A stretch of 64,000 nucleotides of DNA from a virus: positions 32,001 through 96,000 of the IMG/VR virus record IMGVR_UViG_3300042893_000684. One strand, given 5' to 3'. Position numbers and translations under genes: made by a program. The notes under the pieces were generated by a model, which had not been told where the DNA came from, made no database searches, and saw only the letters and a program-made list of their open reading frames with translations. How positions within the stretch are numbered: the first letter of the stretch is position 1; the number at the start of each line of letters is the position of its first letter. Positions 49,525-57,013 of the stretch are shown one piece after another.

Positions 49525-49769
49525 GCACGTATCAAGAAAAAGCAAAAGAATGTAAGTGCTGTGGAAAACACGTACCACTACCTACTGTATTAAAAGAATA
49601 TAATGGAATAGTTCTTTGCCCAACTACATTCTCTAATGTAATTGAGTATAAAAGAATATGGAAACTCGCTGGTCACAGACCAATGGGAAATATTAGAAAA
49701 CATTTTTCAGATTATGTTCAGCAAATAGTTGAAGCAACTATTGACAAAAATGAAGACGGCACGTTATAA
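49521..49769 (+). CDS. Hypothetical Cys-containing protein
   Basis: CKCCG...LCPT; coupled to terL. Confidence 0.6.
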   Translation: MSTYQEKAKECKCCGKHVPLPTVLKEYNGIVLCPTTFSNVIEYKRIWKLAGHRPMGNIRKHFSDYVQQIVEATIDKNEDGTL

Positions 49770-49770
49770 T
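49741..49770 (+). promoter_or_regulatory. Consensus promoter TTGACA-18-TATAAT for tRNA
   Basis: Perfect hexamers 10 nt before the tRNA, embedded in the end of the upstream CDS. Confidence 0.8.
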
Positions 49771-49780
49771 AGACTTCTAA

Positions 49781-49854
49781 GCAACAATAGCTTAGTTGGT
49801 TAAAGCCCCGAACTCATAATTCGGTAATCGTAGGTTCAAGTCCTACTTGTTGCA
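49781..49854 (+). tRNA. tRNA with CAT anticodon (elongator Met or Ile2)
   Basis: Acceptor GCAACAA/TTGTTGC, anticodon arm CCGAA-CTCATAA-TTCGG, T-loop TTCAAGT. Confidence 0.9.
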
Positions 49855-49866
49855 CAGGGAGACAAT

Positions 49867-50187
49867 ATGACAGAAGACGAAGCAAATGATGCAAGGCTTG
49901 CATACTACTTAGAAATAGGTGCCGTAAGTTTTGAAGGTGTTGATGAAAACGGAGAAATAATTTATTCAATTAGTGATAGTGCAAAAGAATTAGCTCCAGA
50001 GCTTTGGCAATCACATATAGACTATGTAGATAAGTCTTTAATGGATTTGTATGAAAAAGGTCTTGCCCATATTGAGTACAATGAAGATTTAGAAGCAATT
50101 ATTAGCTTAAGCCCAGAGGGCCAAAAGCTTGCAAAAGAAATGGGATTGATTGAAATGGATCTGGATCAAGATATTCCAAATGATTAG
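49867..50187 (+). CDS. Hypothetical acidic protein (winged-helix-like)
   Basis: GGGAG RBS; LYEKGL...LSPEG pattern. Confidence 0.65.
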   Translation: MTEDEANDARLAYYLEIGAVSFEGVDENGEIIYSISDSAKELAPELWQSHIDYVDKSLMDLYEKGLAHIEYNEDLEAIISLSPEGQKLAKEMGLIEMDLDQDIPND

Positions 50188-50192
50188 TCTAT

Positions 50193-50265
50193 GCCTTCGT
50201 AGCTCAGGGGATAGAGCGAGACTCTTCTAAGGTCTGCGTCGCAGGTTCGATTCCTGCCGAGGGCA
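50193..50265 (+). tRNA. tRNA-Arg(TCT)
   Basis: GCCTTCG/CGAGGGC acceptor, AGACT-CTTCTAA-GGTCT anticodon arm, GTTCGA. Confidence 0.93.
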
Positions 50266-50269
50266 CAAT

Positions 50270-50340
50270 GCGGATGTTGCATATTGGTAGTGCCTCTGCC
50301 TTCCAAGCAGAAGGGGTGAGTTCGATTCTCATCATCCGCT
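50270..50340 (+). tRNA. tRNA-Gly(TCC)
   Basis: GCGGATG/CATCCGC acceptor, TCTGC-CTTCCAA-GCAGA anticodon arm, GTTCGA. Confidence 0.9.
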
Positions 50341-50395
50341 CAAATAAAAAAATGCTATACTAATCATATGCAGTACAAAAAATAAGGAGAACAAG

Positions 50396-50605
50396 ATGAA
50401 CGTTTTAAAAAAGCTTAAGGATTTTTTTGGAGTTAAAGAAGATGTCTATTCTGTAAACATAGATGAGATTTTAGCACCAGCCAAGAAGGCTGCCAAGAAA
50501 GCTCCAGCAAAGAAGGTAGCCAAGAAGGCTCCTGCAAAAAAGACAGCTAAAAAGGCACCAGTCAAGAAGGTGGCTAAGAAAGCGCCAACTAAGAAGGCTA
50601 AGTAA
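50396..50605 (+). CDS. Histone-like PAKK-repeat basic protein
   Basis: PAKKAAKKAPAKKVAKK repeats; AAGGAG RBS; TGCTATACT promoter. Confidence 0.75.
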   Translation: MNVLKKLKDFFGVKEDVYSVNIDEILAPAKKAAKKAPAKKVAKKAPAKKTAKKAPVKKVAKKAPTKKAK

Positions 50606-51009
50606 TGTTTGAGTACTACGTTAAAAAGGTTACAAAGGTTGTAGACGGAGATACCATCGATGTAGATATTGATCTTGGATTTGATATCTCATTTAGCTCA
50701 CGAGTTAGGTTGGCGGGAATAGATACTCCTGAAAGCCGTACCACAGACAAAATGGAAAAAGCGCTTGGCCTTGAATCTAAAGAGTATTTAAAGAAAGCAA
50801 TTGATGCATCTAAGACTGTTGTTATTAAAACAGAAAAAATGGACTCATCAGAAAAATACGGGCGTATTCTTGGATGGCTATTCCTAGACGGATCTAAAGT
50901 ATCAGTCAATGAACAAATGATTGCCGATGGATATGCTTGGGGATACCTAGGGGATACCAAGGTAAAGGACTTTGAAGCACTTGCTAAAGTAAGGGCTAAG
51001 AAGAAATAG
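50605..51009 (+). CDS. Thermonuclease (SNase-like)
   Basis: VVDGDT, VRLAGIDTPE, KYGRILG. Confidence 0.9.
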   Translation: MFEYYVKKVTKVVDGDTIDVDIDLGFDISFSSRVRLAGIDTPESRTTDKMEKALGLESKEYLKKAIDASKTVVIKTEKMDSSEKYGRILGWLFLDGSKVSVNEQMIADGYAWGYLGDTKVKDFEALAKVRAKKK

Positions 51010-51037
51010 ACAAGATATAAATATTTTGCTATAATAG

Positions 51038-51096
51038 TATACGGACTGCTCAATAGAGGGTCCGTATATTAATTTATTCGCTTGAAAGGGGAATAA
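51038..51096 (+). promoter_or_regulatory. Two-hairpin 5' UTR, ROSE-like RNA thermometer candidate
   Basis: TATACGGAC/GTCCGTATA stem, then TTATTCGCTT-GAAA-GGGGAATAA pairing over the SD, containing a UCGCU motif. Confidence 0.55.
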
Positions 51097-51097
51097 C

Positions 51098-51514
51098 ATG
51101 GTAACACAATTCGCAATGGATCTATTTAATGATCCTTTTTTTATTGGCTTTAACAGGGACCTAGCCCGTCTAAATAGTGCACACAAAATTAACTCTCAAT
51201 CATATCCTCCATATGATCTTCTTAAATTAGATGAAGACACATATAGGCTATCACTTGCTATTGCAGGATTTACCAAAGAAGATGTAAGTGTTTCAGTGGA
51301 AGATGGAACGCTTATTATTAAGGGTGAAATTGTAGAGGTTACAGATGCAGAAATTGTTCACAAAGGTATTGCTGGTAGAAAGTTCGTAAGATCTTTTGCT
51401 CTAGGTGAATACATGGAAGTATCTGGTGCAGAGCTAAAGGACGGCATGCTACATATTAATGTTGATCGCATTGTTCCAGAAGAAAAAAAGCCTAAAGCAA
51501 TTAAAATCAAGTAA
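51098..51514 (+). CDS. Small heat shock protein (Hsp20/IbpA family)
   Basis: YPPYDL, LAIAGF, HKGIAGRKFVRSFAL, LKDGML, C-terminal IKI. Confidence 0.95.
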   Translation: MVTQFAMDLFNDPFFIGFNRDLARLNSAHKINSQSYPPYDLLKLDEDTYRLSLAIAGFTKEDVSVSVEDGTLIIKGEIVEVTDAEIVHKGIAGRKFVRSFALGEYMEVSGAELKDGMLHINVDRIVPEEKKPKAIKIK

Positions 51515-51526
51515 GGTATAATAGAA

Positions 51527-51607
51527 ATCTGCACCCCGTCACTGGGAAGTCGCAGATAGCGGGCCGTTACCCGCAGGATGGACCTGAGTATGTCCCGAAA
51601 CTGCTCA
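51527..51607 (+). ncRNA. Structured RNA candidate: two hairpins plus an H-type pseudoknot
   Basis: ATCTGC/GCAGAT, GCGGG/CCCGC and GGAC/GTCC stems; loop TGAGTA is complementary to downstream TGCTCA; starts just after GGTATAAT. Confidence 0.55.
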
Positions 51608-51627
51608 TTATAATTAAAGGATAGGTA

Positions 51628-51816
51628 ATGCCAGTATACGAATACAAGTGCTCATATGATGATGCACATCCAACAATGTCAGTACATAGATCTATTAATG
51701 ATAATGATCCAGGATACACATGCGTAGAGTGTGAAGCAAATATGACAAGACACTTTACACCGTTCGGCATACAGTTTAAAGGTAACGGGTTTTATAAAAC
51801 AGACAATCCTAAATAG
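51628..51816 (+). CDS. FmdB-family zinc-ribbon protein
   Basis: MPVYEYKC...CVEC...FKGNGFYKTD. Confidence 0.85.
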   Translation: MPVYEYKCSYDDAHPTMSVHRSINDNDPGYTCVECEANMTRHFTPFGIQFKGNGFYKTDNPK

Positions 51817-51867
51817 TTCAATGATATAATTAACTAAGCAGACATAGTGTTTGTTTAGGAGTTATAG

Positions 51868-53811
51868 TTGACTAGGACTAAAGCATGGAGATTATCATTA
51901 GCATTCATTTTAATGTTTGGATGGCTATTTCTCACACCTGCTTATAGCGATGATCCACTTTCAGTTGCCGCTGAAGAGATAGCAGAACTAAACGAAAAGG
52001 TAACAAATCTTACAGAAGAGGCAGATACTAGAGCCTTAATAAATATAGCAGAAGACAAATACGATGCAGCAGTAGCATCAAAATCTGCTAGGGATAGCGC
52101 ATATGCTGCATATAATGAGGCGGTAGAAGCAGAAACAACAGCATTGTCTGAAAAAACAACAGCTCAATCAGCAGTAGATGGGCAAACGGTAACAGTTGCT
52201 ACAGCCTTAGAAGATAAAAACGATGCTCAAGATGTATTAGATATAGCAAACATAAATCTACAAACAACGCAATCTACTGTTCAATCCGCTGGTAATCAGG
52301 GACTGGAATATACTGTTTATACCTTATTAAGAAATGGTAGCCAAGCAGTGACTGGATCTGTTATATGTACTGGTATATGGAATTCAAATTTAATGAACCT
52401 CCCAGTTTGCGGATATTACGAAGATATCATTGTTAAGTTTACTGGAAAAATTACAGTTCCTTCAGACTGGACTTCAGTATATTTTGCAGGATATACAGAT
52501 GATGGTTTTAGGATGTATGTGGACGGAAACCTTGCCGTTGATAACTGGGTAGAACAAGGATCGACATGGAGTCCTTACTCACCAGTTTATGATGTTAGTC
52601 AAGATAAAACTTTAGATGTAGAAATATGGTGGTATAACGGTGGCGGCCCAGGCTCGTATCACCTTGGCTGGTCAATTCCAGGCGGGTGGACTGGTGCGGG
52701 ATGTGCTTATACTGGAGGATGGGGTATAGGATTTAGTTGTAATTTAAATACATTTTCTTATGGCGTAGGTGCAACACAATCACAAATTGATGCATACAAT
52801 GCAGCAGTAACTGCACAGGCGACGGCACAGACAGATTACAATACTAAGCTTGCTACATACAATACAGCAAATTCTACATTAACCACATACAGTCAAACAT
52901 TAACAACTAAGACTAATACCTATAATACTGCAGTAACAAATACAGCAAATGCATTAGCTGCTAAAAATAATACACAGTCAACTTATGATCAATCTATTAT
53001 TAATTTAAATAATGCAATAGATGATGCATGGGAATTATATAATGAAACTTGGCAATTTGAAGAACAACAAAGAGTTGCTGCAGCAATAGCTGCTGCTATG
53101 GCAAATCAACCGCAACCAACTCCAGATGCAACAACTGATCCTACGCCTGAACCTTCTCCTGAGCCATCACCTGAACAAACTGAACCAGACGATTCCACTC
53201 CAACTCCAGATTCTGAAACCACAGATGAACCGACACCAGATCCAACTCCTGAGACAGAGCCCACTGATGAGCCTTCACCAGAGCCTTCACCTCAGCCATC
53301 GGATATAGATCAAGAGCCAACTCCTGAACCAGAGCCAACTCCTGCTGAACCTTCTGAAGAACCATCTACCAATACTATCACAGAAGAGACAGCAAACCTA
53401 ATTGCAGATTTAACAAGCAAAGATACATTAACTAAATTAACTCCAGAACAAAAAACGGCTGTTGCGGAAGGACTTGGAATTAGAGCATCAGAAATAGCAA
53501 AGGTGGCAGCATTAGCTGCTACTGATAAAAATTTAGCAACAGCTCTAGAAGAATTCGGTGATAGAATTAAAGAAAACGCTAGTGCTCCAATGCCATATAC
53601 ATTAGCAGATGCAACAACAGAGGTTGCCACAGAAGCATTTTTATCAGACCCAATTGGAGCTATTGCGGATATTGATTTTGAGAAATTATTTAGCCCATCA
53701 GAATGGGGTAAGGATATGACGGATGATCAAAGAGAAAAAGCACAAGAGGTTGTAGTGCCAGTAATTATTGCAGGAAATATAGTGGCAGCAGCCATGACAA
53801 GGAGGATATAA
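51868..53811 (+). CDS. Secreted/membrane protein with PA14 domain, coiled coils and Pro/Thr/Glu linker
   Basis: Signal peptide; FTGKI, TDDGFRMYVDG, WWYNGGGPG PA14 motifs; PEP(T/S) repeats; hydrophobic C-terminus followed by RR. Confidence 0.8.
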   Translation: MTRTKAWRLSLAFILMFGWLFLTPAYSDDPLSVAAEEIAELNEKVTNLTEEADTRALINIAEDKYDAAVASKSARDSAYAAYNEAVEAETTALSEKTTAQSAVDGQTVTVATALEDKNDAQDVLDIANINLQTTQSTVQSAGNQGLEYTVYTLLRNGSQAVTGSVICTGIWNSNLMNLPVCGYYEDIIVKFTGKITVPSDWTSVYFAGYTDDGFRMYVDGNLAVDNWVEQGSTWSPYSPVYDVSQDKTLDVEIWWYNGGGPGSYHLGWSIPGGWTGAGCAYTGGWGIGFSCNLNTFSYGVGATQSQIDAYNAAVTAQATAQTDYNTKLATYNTANSTLTTYSQTLTTKTNTYNTAVTNTANALAAKNNTQSTYDQSIINLNNAIDDAWELYNETWQFEEQQRVAAAIAAAMANQPQPTPDATTDPTPEPSPEPSPEQTEPDDSTPTPDSETTDEPTPDPTPETEPTDEPSPEPSPQPSDIDQEPTPEPEPTPAEPSEEPSTNTITEETANLIADLTSKDTLTKLTPEQKTAVAEGLGIRASEIAKVAALAATDKNLATALEEFGDRIKENASAPMPYTLADATTEVATEAFLSDPIGAIADIDFEKLFSPSEWGKDMTDDQREKAQEVVVPVIIAGNIVAAAMTRRI

Positions 53812-54008
53812 TGAAAATAATTAAAGGTTTCTTTAATTGGATATGGGAAGCAGTAAAGGAAAGCATAGCCCAACTATGGACCCTCCTTGGGTTCTTTATA
53901 GCCTGGCTAACCCTTACAGGGACAGCACAGGATGTAGTCGGCATAGCAACAGTAATAGTTACTGTAATTTGGCTAATTACCATACCCCTCAGAAAAGACG
54001 AGGAATAA
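53811..54008 (+). CDS. Two-TM small membrane protein (holin-like)
   Basis: Two hydrophobic helices with a charged C-terminus; close to the lysin gene. Confidence 0.55.
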   Translation: MKIIKGFFNWIWEAVKESIAQLWTLLGFFIAWLTLTGTAQDVVGIATVIVTVIWLITIPLRKDEE

Positions 54009-54022
54009 GGTATAATAGAGTT

Positions 54023-54241
54023 ATGAAAAGAATAACTGCTATTGCTTTGTCAGGTCTATTGATGCTATCATTGACTGGTTGCGGCTATCAAGGTTTTTAC
54101 AGATACCCATGCCAAGACCCTGCTAATTGGGAGAAAGCTGAATGCAATCCTCCAATTTGTGAAGCGACAGGCACATGCACTAAAGATGTAATTGGTAAAG
54201 ATCCAATTGCAGAAGACAAGACGGGTACACCAAATGGCTAA
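54023..54241 (+). CDS. Cys-rich lipoprotein
   Basis: True start 54023, leaderless after GGTATAAT; lipobox LTG-C; four further Cys. Confidence 0.75.
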   Translation: MKRITAIALSGLLMLSLTGCGYQGFYRYPCQDPANWEKAECNPPICEATGTCTKDVIGKDPIAEDKTGTPNG

Positions 54242-54644
54242 AGAAAGACTAAGTCCACAGGATCTAGATGCTAGATTAAAATTTATTTTAGGAATTACAT
54301 TAGGCACAATTCTTTTGTGCACATCATTGGGCATTCTGTATGCTCTAATTTTCGTAACACAACCAATTGGCGGACAGTCAGAGAACGATAAGATGTTCTT
54401 TAATGTGCTTGGTTCTGTTGCAACATTTATTACAGGAACACTTGCAGGCCTATTAATTGGTCAATCTGGTGCTAAGGATATTATGTCGGCACAGATAGCA
54501 AATAAAGAAGTAGATGCAAAGAATACACAGGCTGATAAAAAGCTCGAAGCAGAGATTGATGCTACTGCAGCACGACTAGCAGCAAAGCCAGACGGAGCAA
54601 TGCCAGAAGAGCAACCAGTAGACACAGATTGGGATAAAGACTAA
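54234..54644 (+). CDS. Two-TM membrane protein (holin candidate)
   Basis: Start MAKERL; two TM helices; coupled to the lysin gene. Confidence 0.65.
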   Translation: MAKERLSPQDLDARLKFILGITLGTILLCTSLGILYALIFVTQPIGGQSENDKMFFNVLGSVATFITGTLAGLLIGQSGAKDIMSAQIANKEVDAKNTQADKKLEAEIDATAARLAAKPDGAMPEEQPVDTDWDKD

Positions 54645-55228
54645 TGGCAGACCAAGGTACAGCAGCACGTTTAATTGAAGTTGCTACAGCAGAACTAGGA
54701 ACTATTGAAGGTCCTAAAGATAACGAAACTAAGTACGGTGCTTTTATGAAAGCAAACTTTCAGCCATGGTGTGGATCATTTGTTAACTGGTGTGCAAATG
54801 AAGCGGGAGTAAAGATTCCTAATACTGTATACACCCCAGGAGGAGCCGCAGCATTTAAGAAGGCTGGGGCATGGATCGATGGAGACATTGCAGATCCAGA
54901 GCCAGGAGATATTGCCTATTTTGATTTCCCATCAGATGGCGTCGATAGAATTTCTCACGTTGGAATTGTTGTAAAAGATAACGAAGACGGAACTGTCTGG
55001 TGTATCGAAGGTAACACTTCTTCAAAGAAGGCTGGAAGCCAAAGAAATGGTGGAGAAACTTGCAAGCAACTTCGTGCTTATAAAAAGAACAAAGCTGGAG
55101 TAATGATTTCAATCGTAGGATTTGGTCGCCCAAAGTTTAAGGGTTCATCTGCAGCATCTGCTCCATCTGCTTCAGCAAAAAAGACTGCTAAATCTCAGCC
55201 AAAAGTTTGCCCAACCTGCGGTAAGTAA
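54644..55228 (+). CDS. Endolysin, CHAP/NlpC-P60 peptidase
   Basis: PWCGSFVNW, PGDI, SHVGIV, IEGNT. Confidence 0.88.
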   Translation: MADQGTAARLIEVATAELGTIEGPKDNETKYGAFMKANFQPWCGSFVNWCANEAGVKIPNTVYTPGGAAAFKKAGAWIDGDIADPEPGDIAYFDFPSDGVDRISHVGIVVKDNEDGTVWCIEGNTSSKKAGSQRNGGETCKQLRAYKKNKAGVMISIVGFGRPKFKGSSAASAPSASAKKTAKSQPKVCPTCGK

Positions 55229-55377
55229 TGAATACCTACAGGGTTAAGTTAGAAGTAGAAGCAGAAGTAGAGGCTTTTAACGAAACTGATGCCAAAGACT
55301 ATGTAGCAGATATATTTAATATCGACGATGAAATTAAAAAAGTTAATATAATTAAAATAACAGAAAAAAACAAATAA
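55228..55377 (+). CDS. 49-aa hypothetical protein (not in ORF track)
   Basis: MNTYRVKLEVEAEVEAF...; TAATG-coupled. Confidence 0.6.
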   Translation: MNTYRVKLEVEAEVEAFNETDAKDYVADIFNIDDEIKKVNIIKITEKNK

Positions 55378-55382
55378 AATCC

Positions 55383-55412
55383 TTGACAGAGCCGCAGTTT
55401 TTAATGTATAAT
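55383..55412 (+). promoter_or_regulatory. Consensus promoter TTGACA-18-TATAAT (TG-extended) embedded in a long inverted repeat
   Basis: Perfect hexamers upstream of tRNA-Asn. Confidence 0.8.
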
Positions 55413-55438
55413 AATACAAGAGACTGCGGTTTCTGCTT

Positions 55439-55511
55439 TGGCTCATAGCTCAGCAGGCAGAGCGGGAAGCTGTTAACTTCTAGGTCCTAGGTTCGAGTCC
55501 TAGTGGGCCAG
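55439..55511 (+). tRNA. tRNA-Asn(GTT)
   Basis: TGGCTCA/TGGGCCA acceptor, GGAAG-CTGTTAA-CTTCT anticodon arm, GTTCGAG. Confidence 0.9.
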
Positions 55512-55548
55512 CAAAGCAATCTAGGCGGACTTACTAGATAGGAAAGAA

Positions 55549-55782
55549 ATGCTTAATCTTACACTTAAAGGTGTAGAGGTTTTTATGAAAAGATCAAAGA
55601 CAAAAAATCAAGAATCTTTTTGGGAAAACTATGATTTACTAATTTGGAAACAGTCTGCAGGCGGATTTACTGATGTAAAGGGTATGTTCCGAAAGAATCA
55701 ATGGGGAGTTACAGAGAGAATTCCTGTTAACGAAAACGGAATATGGAAGTTGCCAACAAAATATGTCAGACATTTTAAATGA
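55549..55782 (+). CDS. Hypothetical protein
   Basis: AGGAAAG RBS; Trp-rich 77 aa. Confidence 0.65.
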   Translation: MLNLTLKGVEVFMKRSKTKNQESFWENYDLLIWKQSAGGFTDVKGMFRKNQWGVTERIPVNENGIWKLPTKYVRHFK

Positions 55783-56080
55783 ATTAGGCGTAGATGAAGA
55801 TGATCTTGATTGGTTCCACCTTGGTATTTGTAGAGGTATGGACACAAACTTATTCTATGATAAATATGAAGCAGATATAAATATAGCAAAAAGTATTGAT
55901 GAGGCTTGCCTTTCTTGCCCCGTTTCAAAGATGTGTTACCAAGCTGGGATAGAAAATGATGAGCAAGGAGTATGGGGCGGGATCTACTTAAACTCTGGAG
56001 CAATAGATAAGTCAAGGAATGTACATAAGACAGCAGATGTTTGGAAAAGGATAAGGTCTAAAAATGGAATTCATAAATAA
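55763..56080 (+). CDS. whiB: WhiB-family transcription factor
   Basis: W...C, CLSCPV...C four-Cys pattern and GVWGG turn. Confidence 0.92.
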   Translation: MSDILNELGVDEDDLDWFHLGICRGMDTNLFYDKYEADINIAKSIDEACLSCPVSKMCYQAGIENDEQGVWGGIYLNSGAIDKSRNVHKTADVWKRIRSKNGIHK

Positions 56081-56396
56081 AGATAAGAATCACTTTAAGT
56101 ATGGAATAAATCAATGGACGGGTGAGCCAAATAAGCCAGTGTTTTACAATAAAGAAATGGCTATTGCTGTAAGAGGAATAAAAAAGCCAGTAATTGGTTT
56201 GCAGATGGACATCATAAAGTACCCTGAGTTTCTTTGTTTAAGGCTATATGAAGATAACTTCATTCAGTTTACTGGAAATAAAAAAGAGATGGTTATTGAT
56301 TATCTTGGAAAAGTTAAGAAAGTAATTGAATCTTACGGGGTAAGATGTGAATTAGAAGGCGTACCAAGCCAAAATGTACTAGGAAAAGGAATCTAA
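56064..56396 (+). CDS. Hypothetical protein
   Basis: 110-aa ORF overlapping the end of whiB. Confidence 0.65.
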   Translation: MEFINKDKNHFKYGINQWTGEPNKPVFYNKEMAIAVRGIKKPVIGLQMDIIKYPEFLCLRLYEDNFIQFTGNKKEMVIDYLGKVKKVIESYGVRCELEGVPSQNVLGKGI

Positions 56397-56397
56397 A

Positions 56398-56634
56398 TTG
56401 GAAAAAATATTGTGTTATTGCTGCAACAAAAGCAAGAATAAGCTTACTGTAAAGAAATCATCATTGCTGCCAATTAATCTATTTCTGTGTGAAACATGCA
56501 TAGCTAATAAATTTGAGCCACGATGGGTCATCATTCTGTCTGGCAGGCAACTGGGTCCAGAGGCAGTAAAAGAATTTATTGTTAAAAAAAGATATATTGG
56601 CTCTGATATTGCCGCTTCAGAATTGTTTGTTTAA
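56398..56634 (+). CDS. Zinc-finger protein (ClpX-ZBD-like pattern)
   Basis: CYCC...LCETC. Confidence 0.6.
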   Translation: MEKILCYCCNKSKNKLTVKKSSLLPINLFLCETCIANKFEPRWVIILSGRQLGPEAVKEFIVKKRYIGSDIAASELFV

Positions 56635-56674
56635 CTCTTAATTAGCACTTATTTCACGGTATAATTAGTTTATC

Positions 56675-56989
56675 ATGGAAATAAACTACTTGTCTGTCGT
56701 AATGGCTATATCTGCCGCTCTTGTTTCTGGTATGGGAACAGCGCTTGTGGCGGGATTCAGAGACAACAAAAAAGAAAGAATAAGGCGTTCTGAGCGTGAG
56801 CAAGACCATTTAAAATTAGACTTAAGAGATCTTAAAATAGAGTTGTATAAGATTGAAAAAGAACTAAATGAATGGAAAGATAAGTACTATAATGCTATTC
56901 AGGAATTGATTGGGATTAAGGCTGAGCTTGAAGCAACTGTAATAGAATTAGCTCATTTTGAGCACCATATGGATGAGTTGGACAGATAA
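56675..56989 (+). CDS. N-terminal TM plus coiled-coil protein
   Basis: Hydrophobic N-terminus, heptad-rich remainder. Confidence 0.7.
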   Translation: MEINYLSVVMAISAALVSGMGTALVAGFRDNKKERIRRSEREQDHLKLDLRDLKIELYKIEKELNEWKDKYYNAIQELIGIKAELEATVIELAHFEHHMDELDR

Positions 56990-57013
56990 TTTTTCATTTA
57001 GTATACTGGTAGT

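Noticed and set aside
51580-51607. Hammerhead ribozyme (CTGA...GAAAC)
   Set aside because: The core reads CUGAGUA rather than CUGANGA and the three stems cannot be built; a pseudoknot fits better.
53837-54022. N-terminal extension of the 134-aa ORF 53837-54241
   Set aside because: It overlaps the 53811-54008 gene; the -10 box and lipoprotein signal place the real start at 54023.
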